Shown here piece after piece: positions 50,464 to 60,429 of a stretch of DNA of 64,000 nucleotides. Within the stretch, counting starts at the first letter, position 1, and every line of letters starts with the position of its first letter. The notes under the pieces are model-generated. The model was not told where the DNA came from and did no database searches. It saw nothing but the letters and a program-made list of their open reading frames with translations. The stretch covers positions 62,001 to 126,000 of the forward strand of contig CAWKCK010000009.1 of NCBI GenBank assembly GCA_963848135.1. Direction: 5' to 3'. Both the position numbers and the translations under genes were made by a program. The stretch comes from an uncultured delta proteobacterium. GTDB taxonomy: Bacteria > Desulfobacterota > Desulfobacteria > Desulfobacterales > SG8-13.

Positions 50464-51968
50464 TTGAATCCGCGCGATTACCCCTTGATATCCCGATCCG
50501 ATCGCACCTGATCGACCACTGCTTTAGAAATCGTTCAGTTCTGCCCGCCGTTGAGGCAGCTGAGATCATGGCTCAGGCGGTCAAAGGATTTCAACCAGCT
50601 GTGGATGTGACCACAATGTGCGATCAGCAGTTTGACAAATTCCTTTACCTCGATCCACAGGCGGGAAAATTTACCGCACACTGCGATATATCCGTTTACG
50701 CGGGTGGTGATATCAAAGCCGTACTGGCGACCCGGACCGTATCGAAAGCCGCCGGTTTTGCTAGGGTCAAAGTGCATGCTGCCGCCATCTTTCCGAGGGA
50801 AAAGCATCCGATTCAAAAACGCGCCCTGGATTTGACATCTGCCCTTGAGGGGATCTGTTTTTCAGTGTCTAGTGAAAGTATATACCGCGATCTTGTTCCG
50901 TTCGGACCGGCCTTTCGTAACGTGACCATACTGCACCTTTCGTCTGAAGGGGCGATCGCCGAGATTCGTTCACCTCAGAACCATAGCGCTACAGATCTGA
51001 CACGGCATTTGGGCTCGCCATTTGTCCTCGATGCTGCCTTTCATGCGGCCTGTATCTGGGGTCAGCGATTTAGCGGGGTCGTTGCGTTTCCCGTGGGGAT
51101 TGATCGCCGACAGATCGTTAAACCGACCGGCGCCGGAGAAACTTTTTTTGCACATGTTGCCCCAATCCGCATCGATCCGGAATTCTTAATATTTGACCTG
51201 CGGATTTATGATTCAAAAGGCGTTTTTCATGAGATTGCCACCGGAGTTCGCATGCGGGATGTCAGCGGTGGAACGATCAAACCGCCACCATGGATTGCAG
51301 CTGGGGTAGAGAACCAAACGGCAGCCCGGATTGACAAACGGTGTAAAGCCACGTCCCTGATCGACCTCGCGAGCGTGGTGCCGTTTGCCGACAGGGTCCT
51401 ATCCGCTGAAGAAAGAGACCGTCTTAATACAATGGGTCCTAAACGCAGGAAAAGTTTTCTGTCCGGGCGTTTGGCGTGTAAACGGGTTTCCCGGCAACTT
51501 TCGGGTCAAGATACCGTGATCGATCCGCGGGCGATTACCACCATTACGCCTGGCAGCCCCCGACCACGCTGTCCCCTGACCGATGAACGGTCCTTCGTTT
51601 CGTGTTCGGTGGCCCATGACAACCGTTTCGCCATTGCCGTTGCTTCCGACCGACGAGTGGGGGTGGATGTCGAGAAGGTTTCCGAACGGGTGTTGAAATC
51701 GCAGCGATTGTACATGAGCGATTCTGAGGCCGCTCTGGTTAAGGCATCCGTGCCCGCTGAGAGGATAGAAACCGCCGTTCGAATCTGGTCCATCAAGGAA
51801 GCGGTGACCAAAGCACTCGATATCAGTCTTGCCGATGCGTGGCATCGGGTGCGGGTGACAGTCGTCGGACCATATGAAAGCTTTTTTCAGATCGGTGATG
51901 ATGTCCCGAATGTTGCCTTTCACGATGTCATTGAAAAACATATCATTACACTCGTAACGTTGTCTTGA
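50442..51968 (+). CDS. PKS-type dehydratase domain fused to a 4'-phosphopantetheinyl transferase (Sfp/ACPS) domain
   Basis: N-terminal HLIDH......LPAV, FGPAFR, LDAAFH (double hot-dog DH His/Asp). C-terminal SVAHD, VGVDVE, WSIKEAVTKA (PPTase). Confidence 0.85.
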   Translation: MEDISQIIESARLPLDIPIRSHLIDHCFRNRSVLPAVEAAEIMAQAVKGFQPAVDVTTMCDQQFDKFLYLDPQAGKFTAHCDISVYAGGDIKAVLATRTVSKAAGFARVKVHAAAIFPREKHPIQKRALDLTSALEGICFSVSSESIYRDLVPFGPAFRNVTILHLSSEGAIAEIRSPQNHSATDLTRHLGSPFVLDAAFHAACIWGQRFSGVVAFPVGIDRRQIVKPTGAGETFFAHVAPIRIDPEFLIFDLRIYDSKGVFHEIATGVRMRDVSGGTIKPPPWIAAGVENQTAARIDKRCKATSLIDLASVVPFADRVLSAEERDRLNTMGPKRRKSFLSGRLACKRVSRQLSGQDTVIDPRAITTITPGSPRPRCPLTDERSFVSCSVAHDNRFAIAVASDRRVGVDVEKVSERVLKSQRLYMSDSEAALVKASVPAERIETAVRIWSIKEAVTKALDISLADAWHRVRVTVVGPYESFFQIGDDVPNVAFHDVIEKHIITLVTLS

Positions 51969-52289
51969 AGAATAGAAGGGTGCAGAGCGTTTTTCAATTC
52001 CTATTTTGGTTTGAATCTGAGAGCCGGGTTTGTCGCCATTCTTTCCCAGGGCTGCTATTGCGTTCAGATCCCGCCATGGCGGGACCCGCCTGCGCTGCTG
52101 ATCATTCCCTCCGCTCTGGTTCAGCAATTGCGGGAAAAACTCACCGAAACAGTAATTAAAATAAAAATTAAATAACAGTAACTTAGATTTGATAATTTAA
52201 CTTAATTATTGAAGTATTATCAGACAGTCCCGTGTTCTTGTGAGGGGCGTATTCCAGGACCCATTAATCAAAAATTACGGAGAGCAAAG

Positions 52290-53276
52290 ATGGCACGTTT
52301 CACGAATATAATGGGCGGATGGGGCGGGGTCGTTTTACTCTTTGCCTGCCTGTTTGCAATTGGTTGTACACCCAATCTGCCGCGGCGAAATCATGTTGTA
52401 GGACCGAAAACCTATCAGGGCTCGGTGGACATCCGCATAAACGGGTTTCGCCGCACTTACCAGGTCCATATTCCCCCCAAATATAAACCGGAAACACCGT
52501 TACCGCTGGTTGTCGTTGTTCACGGAGCTTTCGACACGGCCGAGGGCATGGAAAAATTTTCCGGTTTCAGCCGATTGGCCGACAGTGAAAATTTTATCGT
52601 CCTTTATCCCAACGGGTTTGGAATCATGGGTTTTCTGCAGCACTGGAATGCCGGACACTGTTGTGGAAAGGCTGCCGACGACCAATTGGACGATGTTGGT
52701 TTTATCGCCATGGCCATCGCGGATGTCAGCGACCGATTAAAGATCGATAGCGACCGAATTTACATGGTCGGTTTCTCCAACGGCGGCATGCTGACGTACC
52801 GCTTTGCTGCAGAGCGGGGGGATCTCTTGGCGGCCATTGCGCCACTCGCCGCTACCATCGGTGGCAGATCTGCTGCGGATGCGCCGGAATGGCGTATCCC
52901 GCAGCCGGTAAAACCGCTTTCTGTTATCGCCTTTCACGGCCTGGCGGATGATGACGTGCCCTATGAGGGTGGTGTCAGTCGTCACAGGGGTGGCAGCCGC
53001 ACCTACTGGTCGGTGGAAGATTCGGTTGATTTCTGGGTTAAACATAACGGATGCGCCTCCCAGCCGGACACGCAAACAGTGAGGAACGGAAAAGTGCTGA
53101 TCAAATCATGGGAGAATTGTACAAACGAAACCGCAGTCGCCCTCTGGTTGATTGAGGGTTGGGGTCATGTGTGGCCCGGTCAATATTTCACGGCCGATCT
53201 GGCCGAAGACAACCCGCTGAAAGATTTTGACGCCGCAGCGATCATCTGGCAATTTTTCAAATCCCGCCGGCGTTAA
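52290..53276 (+). CDS. PHB-depolymerase/LpqC-family alpha/beta hydrolase esterase, probable lipoprotein
   Basis: Lipobox AIGC, PLVVVVHG, WNAGHCCG, DDVGFI, GFSNGG nucleophile, FHG.AD..VP, GHVWPG. Confidence 0.87.
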   Translation: MARFTNIMGGWGGVVLLFACLFAIGCTPNLPRRNHVVGPKTYQGSVDIRINGFRRTYQVHIPPKYKPETPLPLVVVVHGAFDTAEGMEKFSGFSRLADSENFIVLYPNGFGIMGFLQHWNAGHCCGKAADDQLDDVGFIAMAIADVSDRLKIDSDRIYMVGFSNGGMLTYRFAAERGDLLAAIAPLAATIGGRSAADAPEWRIPQPVKPLSVIAFHGLADDDVPYEGGVSRHRGGSRTYWSVEDSVDFWVKHNGCASQPDTQTVRNGKVLIKSWENCTNETAVALWLIEGWGHVWPGQYFTADLAEDNPLKDFDAAAIIWQFFKSRRR

Positions 53277-53328
53277 ACCTTTGGCAGGTTCCCGTCGGAC
53301 ATCGTGACGTCCGGGTGACTGCAAATTT

Positions 53329-53682
53329 TCATTTGGGCATGAATTTTTCCACTGCCATCCGGGCGGCCCACCGCAGAAAAATCCGGGTATACTCGGCCCC
53401 GGCCAGATACATCCCCGCTAAAAAAACCAAGTGTGACAGACCATACGTCAAGGGACCACCGATAACCGCCACAAGAGGTTCCTGCAAATAGACAGCCAGG
53501 GTCGTCAAGGCACCAACGGCTGGCCAACCGATGACATAGCTAAAGCCGATGAGACATATCCCGAGAACAATCCTGGCGGAGGGGCGCTGTTTGAAGGCCT
53601 CCAAGTCCGCCTTTTCCTCAACCGCCTTGCGTACGAATTCGGTTTCCGTAATTTTTTTGATGAGTCCTGATGTCATCCGCAC
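53329..53682 (-). CDS. Small hypothetical membrane protein
   Basis: Two hydrophobic segments; SY.IGWP and YGLSH..F..G.YLAG pattern. Confidence 0.7.
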   Translation of the reverse strand: MRMTSGLIKKITETEFVRKAVEEKADLEAFKQRPSARIVLGICLIGFSYVIGWPAVGALTTLAVYLQEPLVAVIGGPLTYGLSHLVFLAGMYLAGAEYTRIFLRWAARMAVEKFMPK

Positions 53683-53822
53683 CCGTTGACCCCAGCATTA
53701 CGCTGCCGTTCTTTATGCCAGTTCTGTACATTTATGAATCCGATGGGCGATAATATGCCATTCGATGGCCTGCTATCAAGTCTTTAACCCGCGTTGACAT
53801 ACTTTCGTAAATTGAAACGCTC

Positions 53823-53930
53823 AGTAATAGTGGCTGTCAAGATATCGTTCCGTGATTCGAATGTTTTTTTCATCAATCACTTATACCACGCTTCCGTATT
53901 TCGGTATTTATTTTTGAAAAGAGGTATTAC
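53823..53930 (+). repeat. Dispersed ~105-bp repeat, copy 2
   Basis: cgttccgtgattcgaatgtttttttc..cacttataccacgcttccgtatttcggtatttatttttgaaaagaggta aligns colinearly with 12997-13100. Confidence 0.8.
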
Positions 53931-54041
53931 CGAAATTGGACTTGGGCTTACGCATTGAAAGTGGCCTGTCAACCTGTTATTAAGCCTCTCTGAATATAGA
54001 GTCGTCATACATGGGTTGCGATTTATTTATCGAACGAAGAC

Positions 54042-54791
54042 ATGTTGCCATCTAACGTGGACAAAACCAGGATCTCACCGTCAGTCGATGAGCTTTGGGC
54101 TTACTTCGATCGCATCTTCTGCATATCTCTGGAAGATCGCCCAGACCGGCGCCAATCGGCCCGGGATCAGTTTCGCAAAATTGGTTTGGCGGACAGAGTC
54201 GAGTTCGTCATCGTCAACAAACACCCGACCAACAGCGAGCAGGGGATATTTGAATCCCACATGAAATGCATCAGAATGGGTATCAAGGCCGCCGCTCAAA
54301 CCACTCTCATTTTTGAAGATGACGTCGTCTTTGACAGATTTAACACCTGTGTGCTGGAAGAATGTATACGTTTCTTGTCTTCGAAGATTTCGTGGAACAT
54401 CTTTTTCCTCGGTTGCCTCGCAGATGCCAGCCAAAAAACCGAATACGGGTCCGTTTTAAAAGTGCGTTACCGCGGCTTATCGCATGCGTACGTCATCAAC
54501 CGCAATTTTGCCGAATCCCTGGCCAGGCAGATCTGGAAAAATACGCCTTTCGACACGATGTTGCGGAAGCTGTCTCCTTACTATTATGCTGTTTACCCGG
54601 CATTTGCCTTTCAGAGCAATGCGCGCACGGACAATATGCGGCTGCTGAAGCGTGACCGAATGCGGCGGCTCTTTGGGGGACTTAAAAGAATCCAAAAGTT
54701 AAATGAATGGTATCTTCGCCACCGGTCAGTCGTCATCGGCATTCATATTTTCCTGATCCTGATTCTGCTGATACTGGTGGCCGCGCACTGA
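54042..54791 (+). CDS. Glycosyltransferase family 25-like protein
   Basis: IFCISLEDRPDRR, GIFESH, LIFEDD, HAYVI, C-terminal TM. Confidence 0.8.
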   Translation: MLPSNVDKTRISPSVDELWAYFDRIFCISLEDRPDRRQSARDQFRKIGLADRVEFVIVNKHPTNSEQGIFESHMKCIRMGIKAAAQTTLIFEDDVVFDRFNTCVLEECIRFLSSKISWNIFFLGCLADASQKTEYGSVLKVRYRGLSHAYVINRNFAESLARQIWKNTPFDTMLRKLSPYYYAVYPAFAFQSNARTDNMRLLKRDRMRRLFGGLKRIQKLNEWYLRHRSVVIGIHIFLILILLILVAAH

Positions 54792-54811
54792 GCTGTGGAT
54801 TGTTTCCAACA

Positions 54812-57800
54812 ATGAAAAGAACATCGATAAACTGGCTTTTCCTGGCTGTGACCATTCTGCTGGTAAGCGGTCTGTTCGGGATCGGATGGCACCGGATTCA
54901 GATCGATACCGATATCGTCGGCGCTCTTCCGGATAGTGATCCCGTGATTGCGGACGCCGCCTATCTGTTTCGTCATCACCCCATGCAGGGCCAGGTGGTT
55001 ATCGACGTCTTCCTCGATAAGACCGATTTAGAGGCTCTGATAGCCTGTGCCCGAAAGGTTCAAAAACGTTTGAAGGCCAGCGGACTGTTTAAAGCGGTCG
55101 GTATCGAGGACACCGGAAAACTCATGCCGGATCTGCTCGATTATGTATCTGTCAACCTGCCGGTGCTCTTTACGGCCGATGAATTGCGAGATCTGATTCA
55201 ACCGCTCCTGCAGCCGGCTATGATCAATCAACAGCTTGAACAGATCCGCTCCAGCCTGCTGGGGCTCGACAGCATCGGCCAAACGGCCCTGATCGCAAAA
55301 GATCCATTGGATTTTCGGCGTCTGGTGCTCGCACGGTTATCGCATCTGGCTCCATCAACCGGTGCCCGCATCTATCGGGGCCAACTCCTCTCCGCCGATG
55401 ACCGGCATATTCTGATCGTTGCCAGACCGGTTGCTTCCGGCACGGACACGGTTTATGCCAGCCAGTTAACCGAATTAATGAATGACCTGTCGGTAGAACT
55501 CAACCGGGAGTATCGGCCGGCCGGACAGCGGGTGACGCTGACACCGGTTGGTGCATACCGTTCCGCCCTCGACAATGAGCAGATAATCAGGAAGGATGTC
55601 ACTTACGCCATCGCCCTGGCCACCCTCGGTATCGCCATGCTGCTATTATTTGCTTTTCCGCGGCCGGCCATCGGTCTTTTTTCCCTGGTGCCGGCTGTTG
55701 CCGGAACCATGCTAGCCCTCTTTGTCTTCTCCCTGTTTCATAAGTCCCTATCGATCATGGTTCTCGGCTTTGGGGGGGCCATCATATCGATCACCGTCGA
55801 CCAGGGAATCGCCTATCTCTTGTTTCTTGATCGACCCTACGATACCAGCGGGCGGGAGGCCTCAGAAGAAGTGTGGAACATCGGTCTGCTGGCCGTTTTG
55901 ACCAGCATCGGCGCCTTTGGCGCGCTCTGCTTCAGTGGGTTTTCCGTGTTTGTTCAGTTGGGGCAGTTTACAATGCTCGGTATCGCGCTATCCTTTCTTT
56001 TCGTGCATGTCATTTTTCCCCACATTTTCCCGCGCATGCCGGCGGGCCGACCACGATCCCTGCACCTGCAGAAGGTGGCTGACGCCTTAGCCCGAACAGG
56101 GACGAGAGGACTGTGGGTCGCGGTCGTATTCGCCTCTGTTATGCTGATATTCGCCCAACCCGAGTTTAATGTCAGCATGCGGACCATGAACACCGTGGGC
56201 GCCGATACCATTGCCGCCGAGAAATTGCTCGCTGATGTTTGGGGTGATATATTCTCCAAAGTTCATTTGCTGGCGGAAGGCCAGAGTATTGCAGCGCTTC
56301 AGGCCAAGGACGATATCCTTCTCGATCAGTTGGATCGTGATTTGGCCTCCGGGGTTCTTTCATCGGGGTTTGTGCCTTCCATGCTCTTTCCCAGTCACGA
56401 GCGTCGGAAAAACAATTTTAACGCCTGGAAGCAATTCTGGAATGGTGAAAGAGTTGAGAGCCTCGAGAGAACAATCGGGGAACAATCGGCGGCGCTTGGT
56501 TTTGCCCCAGGGGCTTTCTCGCCCTTCTATGAAATGTTGAGTGCGGTTAAAGCCCCCGGAATGAACGTTCCAATTCCTGCCGAATTTCTCAGTTTTCTGG
56601 GAATTTCAGAACTTGCGGGCGAATCGAAATGGATCCAGGTATCGACCTTCACCACCGGCCCGGCATATGACGCCAAGCAGTTTCATGATACTTACGGGGC
56701 ATCGGGCCGGTTGTTCGATCCGGCGTTCTTTTCGGAGCGACTCGGGAAGCACCTGTTCGATACGTTCTCGAAGCTGTTTCTCATTATTGCGGTCAGTGTC
56801 ATCATTCTGCTCATTTTTTTCTTTCTTGACCCCGTGCTGGTTATCATCTGCTTGTTGCCGGTGGCGTTTGCTTTAATTTCGACCCTTGGAACGTTGAATA
56901 TCATCGGGCATCCCCTGGACATCCCGGGACTGATGCTGTCCATTATCGTTTTAGGTATGGGCATCGATTATTCGCTCTTTTTTGTGCGGTCGTTTCAACG
57001 TTACGGGGCGTTGGCTCATCCGTCATTTGGTCTGATTCGATTGGCCGTTTTCATGTCGGCAGTTTCCACCATGATCGGTTTCGGTGTCTTGTGCGGTGCC
57101 GATCATACACTACTGAAAAGCGCCGGCATCACCTCTCTTTTAGGCATCACATATTCGGTGATCGGCGCCTATGTCATTCTGCCGCCGGCACTCAGTTATG
57201 TTCAGCGGCGGCGCCGCTCGAAAACGATCAAGAGTGGTCGTTTGCGGGATCGGGTCTTGAGCCGCTATCAGGGCCTGGAAGCCTATCCGAGATTATTTGC
57301 GCGGTTCAAAATGCGCCTCGATCCCATGTTCTTAGAAATAGCGGAGATTTTTAAGACCAGTGGCGATATTAAAACGATCATTGACATCGGTTGCGGATTT
57401 GGTGTGCCGTCGTGTTGGCTTCTCGAAAGGTTCCCGCATGCGGAGCTGTTCGGTATCGAGCCGTCTGCCGGCCGTGTCAGGGTTGCCTCCGTTGTGGTGG
57501 GTGGAAGAGGGGACATCACTCAGGGCCGGGCACCGGATATACCTGCGGTCTCGCGGGCAGCCGACCTGGCCATGATGCTCGATATGGTTCATTTTTTAAA
57601 CGATGAAGACCTGGTTCTGACCCTGGGAAGATTGCATGATCGCCTGCTGGATAACGGTCGGTTAGTCATTCGGGCGGCCGTCCGTCCGCGACGGCGTTTT
57701 CCATGGGCATGGTGGCTGGAGAATTTTAAGCTCTGGCTGTCCCATGTTCCCGTCTGCTACCGATCACCGGAACGATTGAAAGTCATGGTGTCCCAGGCGG

Positions 57801-57907
57801 GATTTCGCATCGAGAATACGCTGCCTTCCGGCAATCACCAAGAACTCGTCTGGCTCATCGGGTGCGTTGACGCTGGTTCTGGTCCACGATTGACAGGCCA
57901 ATGCTGA
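54812..57907 (+). CDS. MMPL/RND-family exporter fused to a C-terminal class I SAM methyltransferase
   Basis: Two TM bundles with SITVD / GMGIDY, STMIGFGVL; C-terminal IDIGCGFG, LDMVHFL. ATG 54812. Confidence 0.88.
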   Translation: MKRTSINWLFLAVTILLVSGLFGIGWHRIQIDTDIVGALPDSDPVIADAAYLFRHHPMQGQVVIDVFLDKTDLEALIACARKVQKRLKASGLFKAVGIEDTGKLMPDLLDYVSVNLPVLFTADELRDLIQPLLQPAMINQQLEQIRSSLLGLDSIGQTALIAKDPLDFRRLVLARLSHLAPSTGARIYRGQLLSADDRHILIVARPVASGTDTVYASQLTELMNDLSVELNREYRPAGQRVTLTPVGAYRSALDNEQIIRKDVTYAIALATLGIAMLLLFAFPRPAIGLFSLVPAVAGTMLALFVFSLFHKSLSIMVLGFGGAIISITVDQGIAYLLFLDRPYDTSGREASEEVWNIGLLAVLTSIGAFGALCFSGFSVFVQLGQFTMLGIALSFLFVHVIFPHIFPRMPAGRPRSLHLQKVADALARTGTRGLWVAVVFASVMLIFAQPEFNVSMRTMNTVGADTIAAEKLLADVWGDIFSKVHLLAEGQSIAALQAKDDILLDQLDRDLASGVLSSGFVPSMLFPSHERRKNNFNAWKQFWNGERVESLERTIGEQSAALGFAPGAFSPFYEMLSAVKAPGMNVPIPAEFLSFLGISELAGESKWIQVSTFTTGPAYDAKQFHDTYGASGRLFDPAFFSERLGKHLFDTFSKLFLIIAVSVIILLIFFFLDPVLVIICLLPVAFALISTLGTLNIIGHPLDIPGLMLSIIVLGMGIDYSLFFVRSFQRYGALAHPSFGLIRLAVFMSAVSTMIGFGVLCGADHTLLKSAGITSLLGITYSVIGAYVILPPALSYVQRRRRSKTIKSGRLRDRVLSRYQGLEAYPRLFARFKMRLDPMFLEIAEIFKTSGDIKTIIDIGCGFGVPSCWLLERFPHAELFGIEPSAGRVRVASVVVGGRGDITQGRAPDIPAVSRAADLAMMLDMVHFLNDEDLVLTLGRLHDRLLDNGRLVIRAAVRPRRRFPWAWWLENFKLWLSHVPVCYRSPERLKVMVSQAGFRIENTLPSGNHQELVWLIGCVDAGSGPRLTGQC

Positions 57908-58818
57908 ATACCGTTAAAAAGACATCAGATGATTGCCTGCCGCTATCCATTGGGGACCGGGTCGGTGGCGGTGCGTTTATAATTGCCACTCTGCTGGCCT
58001 TGGTGGATATCCGTCTGGCGGCGATCCCACTGGCGGGATTTGTTATCCTGTGTTTTGTGGCACCGTTTTTACCGGGCGTCGGCTTTTTTCTCCCTATTGT
58101 CAGTCGGGGGTCATCCGGCCGGGACGCGGTGGCCTTAACCTTCGATGACGGGCCCGACCCACTGACCACACCGGAACTCTTAAGGCTGCTAAAAAAACAC
58201 GGGGCGACAGGCACGTTTTTTGTTAATGGCCGTAAGGCCAGCGAATATCCTCAGTTGATAAAGAAAATCCTCAGCGATGGGCATTGTGTGGCCAATCACA
58301 CATTCAACCATGACGTGTTTATGGCATTCAAGGACAAACAAACTGTGATGAGCGATATCGACGCTGTCCAGAATGTGCTGCGCAAACACGGTATCGTGCC
58401 GCTCGCATTTCGTCCACCGGCGGGAATAACCGGCCCAAGGCTCCAGCCGGTTTTGCAGGCAAAGGGGATGTATACCGTGAATTTCAGTTGCCGGGCGCGG
58501 GATGGCGGTAACCGGTGGCTGAGACATCTGTCCGAAAAAATCCTGCGACGCATCAAGCCTGACGATATCGTTCTCCTGCACGACATCCCACCCCAATCCG
58601 ACGCCTTGTTTTCTTTCTGGATTGAAGAAGTCGACCGTATTTTAGACGGCATCCGAGCGAAGGGTCTGGTTGTTCTCCCGTTGGCAGAGCTTATTGGTCG
58701 GCCGGTGATGAAAATGTTCGCCGAGACGGAAATGGGGGGCGCCGTTTCCGAGAGGCATACAGAAAGCATAGAGTCAAAATCCGGAAACACTCCCAACGAA
58801 GACATGGCGTCTTCTTGA
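57901..58818 (+). CDS. Polysaccharide deacetylase (NodB/CE4 family), membrane anchored
   Basis: VALTFDDGP, TFFV.G, NHTFNH, FRPPAG, IVLLHD. Confidence 0.92.
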   Translation: MLNTVKKTSDDCLPLSIGDRVGGGAFIIATLLALVDIRLAAIPLAGFVILCFVAPFLPGVGFFLPIVSRGSSGRDAVALTFDDGPDPLTTPELLRLLKKHGATGTFFVNGRKASEYPQLIKKILSDGHCVANHTFNHDVFMAFKDKQTVMSDIDAVQNVLRKHGIVPLAFRPPAGITGPRLQPVLQAKGMYTVNFSCRARDGGNRWLRHLSEKILRRIKPDDIVLLHDIPPQSDALFSFWIEEVDRILDGIRAKGLVVLPLAELIGRPVMKMFAETEMGGAVSERHTESIESKSGNTPNEDMASS

Positions 58819-58864
58819 TTTGATTTGGTTGGTGTTCATAATCACCGACCGGCTTATTTATGAA

Positions 58865-58954
58865 GGTTGTTAAAAAAACGTTCCGGTGAACGTTTTCTCC
58901 ACATCCACCGATACGCCCTGCCGAATTTCAGAATAAAATTTATGAAGCGGTGTA
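58865..58954 (+). repeat. Dispersed repeat, copy 3 (diverged)
   Basis: aaaaaaacgttcc..gaacgtttt hairpin, then ccgaatttcagaa..aagcggt. Confidence 0.6.
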
Positions 58955-59085
58955 CTATGGTAGCGGTGATTTGAGGGGAGCAACCTGGGGGCGATGGTAA
59001 TACAGACTATCCGATCTGCAGTGGTTTGTAAATATCTCGGGACAAGCATCTGTGAAGCGTTTGACAGGCAATTTTCCGGATGGGC

Positions 59086-60423
59086 CTATTTGTCGTTCCG
59101 TCCGCGATGATGGAAATATAACCAACTCAGCAGGACGGTGCCAGTAAAAAAAATCAGCAGCATTGCCGTTTCAGGAAATACGCTCTGGATGGTCCCATTG
59201 CGGGCAAACAGATCGACAAGGGCGTTCAGCCCCCAAGCCAGAGGTGACGCCTGGCTGATCTGCTGCATCAGTTTTGGCATGGCATAAACCGGTACCATGA
59301 TGCCGCCAATGGCCGCTGCAATTACGACTGAAACGGCACCAAACATGGACGCCTGCTCGTATGACCGGGCGATTGTCCCCAAAAGAATGCCGTAGCCCGC
59401 AGCGGCCAGAGCGGCGCTGGTGACGACGACAGCGATCGCCAGGGGTGCGGCGCCGATTTCCAGGACCGGTGTTCCCAAAAGCGGCAAAAAGAGCTTACCC
59501 ACTGCCAGGATAAGGGCAAACTGGATACAACAGACCAGTACATATGCGCAGACTTTTCCGCCGAGAATGGTCAAATAAGAAACTGGAAAACTCATCAGCC
59601 GCAGCAGAGTGCCATCCTGTTTCTCCCTGATCAGTGAGCCGCCCATTGGCACAACAATAAAGAACATCCCGAAGAGGGCCCAGGCCGGTACGTTTTGCTG
59701 AACCGATGAGGGAAGCTTCCCGGTGCCTCCGCGTCCTGCTTGCAGGGATTCGATTTCTAGAAGCCGCTCCCGGCCCCACTCCGGGTTCATCGCCGGGAAG
59801 GGGGCGCTGACAGCACCGGCGTTCTTCGGGCCAACGGTGTTCAGCAGGATTTTCTCCATTTGACGCGGAAATATTTCGGAAACAGCCCGGGCCTTCATTT
59901 CCAATTCAAGGGTGAGCAATATTCTGTAGAGGGCATTTGTCACGGATGTTCGGAACGTCCCTTGCACTAGAGGGTCGAAGAGAACCATCACGCGCGGCAT
60001 TTCGCTGGTTCCTTCCGCTGCGCTGTCTCCAGCGTCGAAGGCCGATAAGATCTGCCGGTTGAGACGGTCTTGAACGGCCTCGGTGGCCCCGGCGGGGATG
60101 ACGACGGCAAACTGAAAATCACCGTCTTCTAACGCCGCGTGGGCGGTTTTCTCATCCACCGTCCGTCCGACAATCTCTTTCGTCATTTCGATCGTACCCG
60201 ACTGCTGCAATTGTTCCTCTATGACCTTTCCCAGCCGCTGGCGATCCTGGTCGACAAACAGGACCCGGATGGTCGTTTCGCCCGTTACCTTGAGGATGTT
60301 TTCCTGTACCAGCGACACCACCACAACGAGTACGGCTGGCATGAGAAACAGGACCAGCAGGCCGGCTCTATCCCGCCTGAGTATCAGGAGTTCCTTTAGT
60401 ACAGTGGCCATGAGCCGTGTCAT
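59086..60423 (-). CDS. ABC-2 type transporter permease (flexirubin/DAR-cluster type)
   Basis: KEL.IL.RD..GL..LFLMP, SVQQNVPAWALFGMFF, GGIMVP...MP. Confidence 0.9.
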   Translation of the reverse strand: MTRLMATVLKELLILRRDRAGLLVLFLMPAVLVVVVSLVQENILKVTGETTIRVLFVDQDRQRLGKVIEEQLQQSGTIEMTKEIVGRTVDEKTAHAALEDGDFQFAVVIPAGATEAVQDRLNRQILSAFDAGDSAAEGTSEMPRVMVLFDPLVQGTFRTSVTNALYRILLTLELEMKARAVSEIFPRQMEKILLNTVGPKNAGAVSAPFPAMNPEWGRERLLEIESLQAGRGGTGKLPSSVQQNVPAWALFGMFFIVVPMGGSLIREKQDGTLLRLMSFPVSYLTILGGKVCAYVLVCCIQFALILAVGKLFLPLLGTPVLEIGAAPLAIAVVVTSAALAAAGYGILLGTIARSYEQASMFGAVSVVIAAAIGGIMVPVYAMPKLMQQISQASPLAWGLNALVDLFARNGTIQSVFPETAMLLIFFTGTVLLSWLYFHHRGRNDK

Positions 60424-60429
60424 AGTAAC

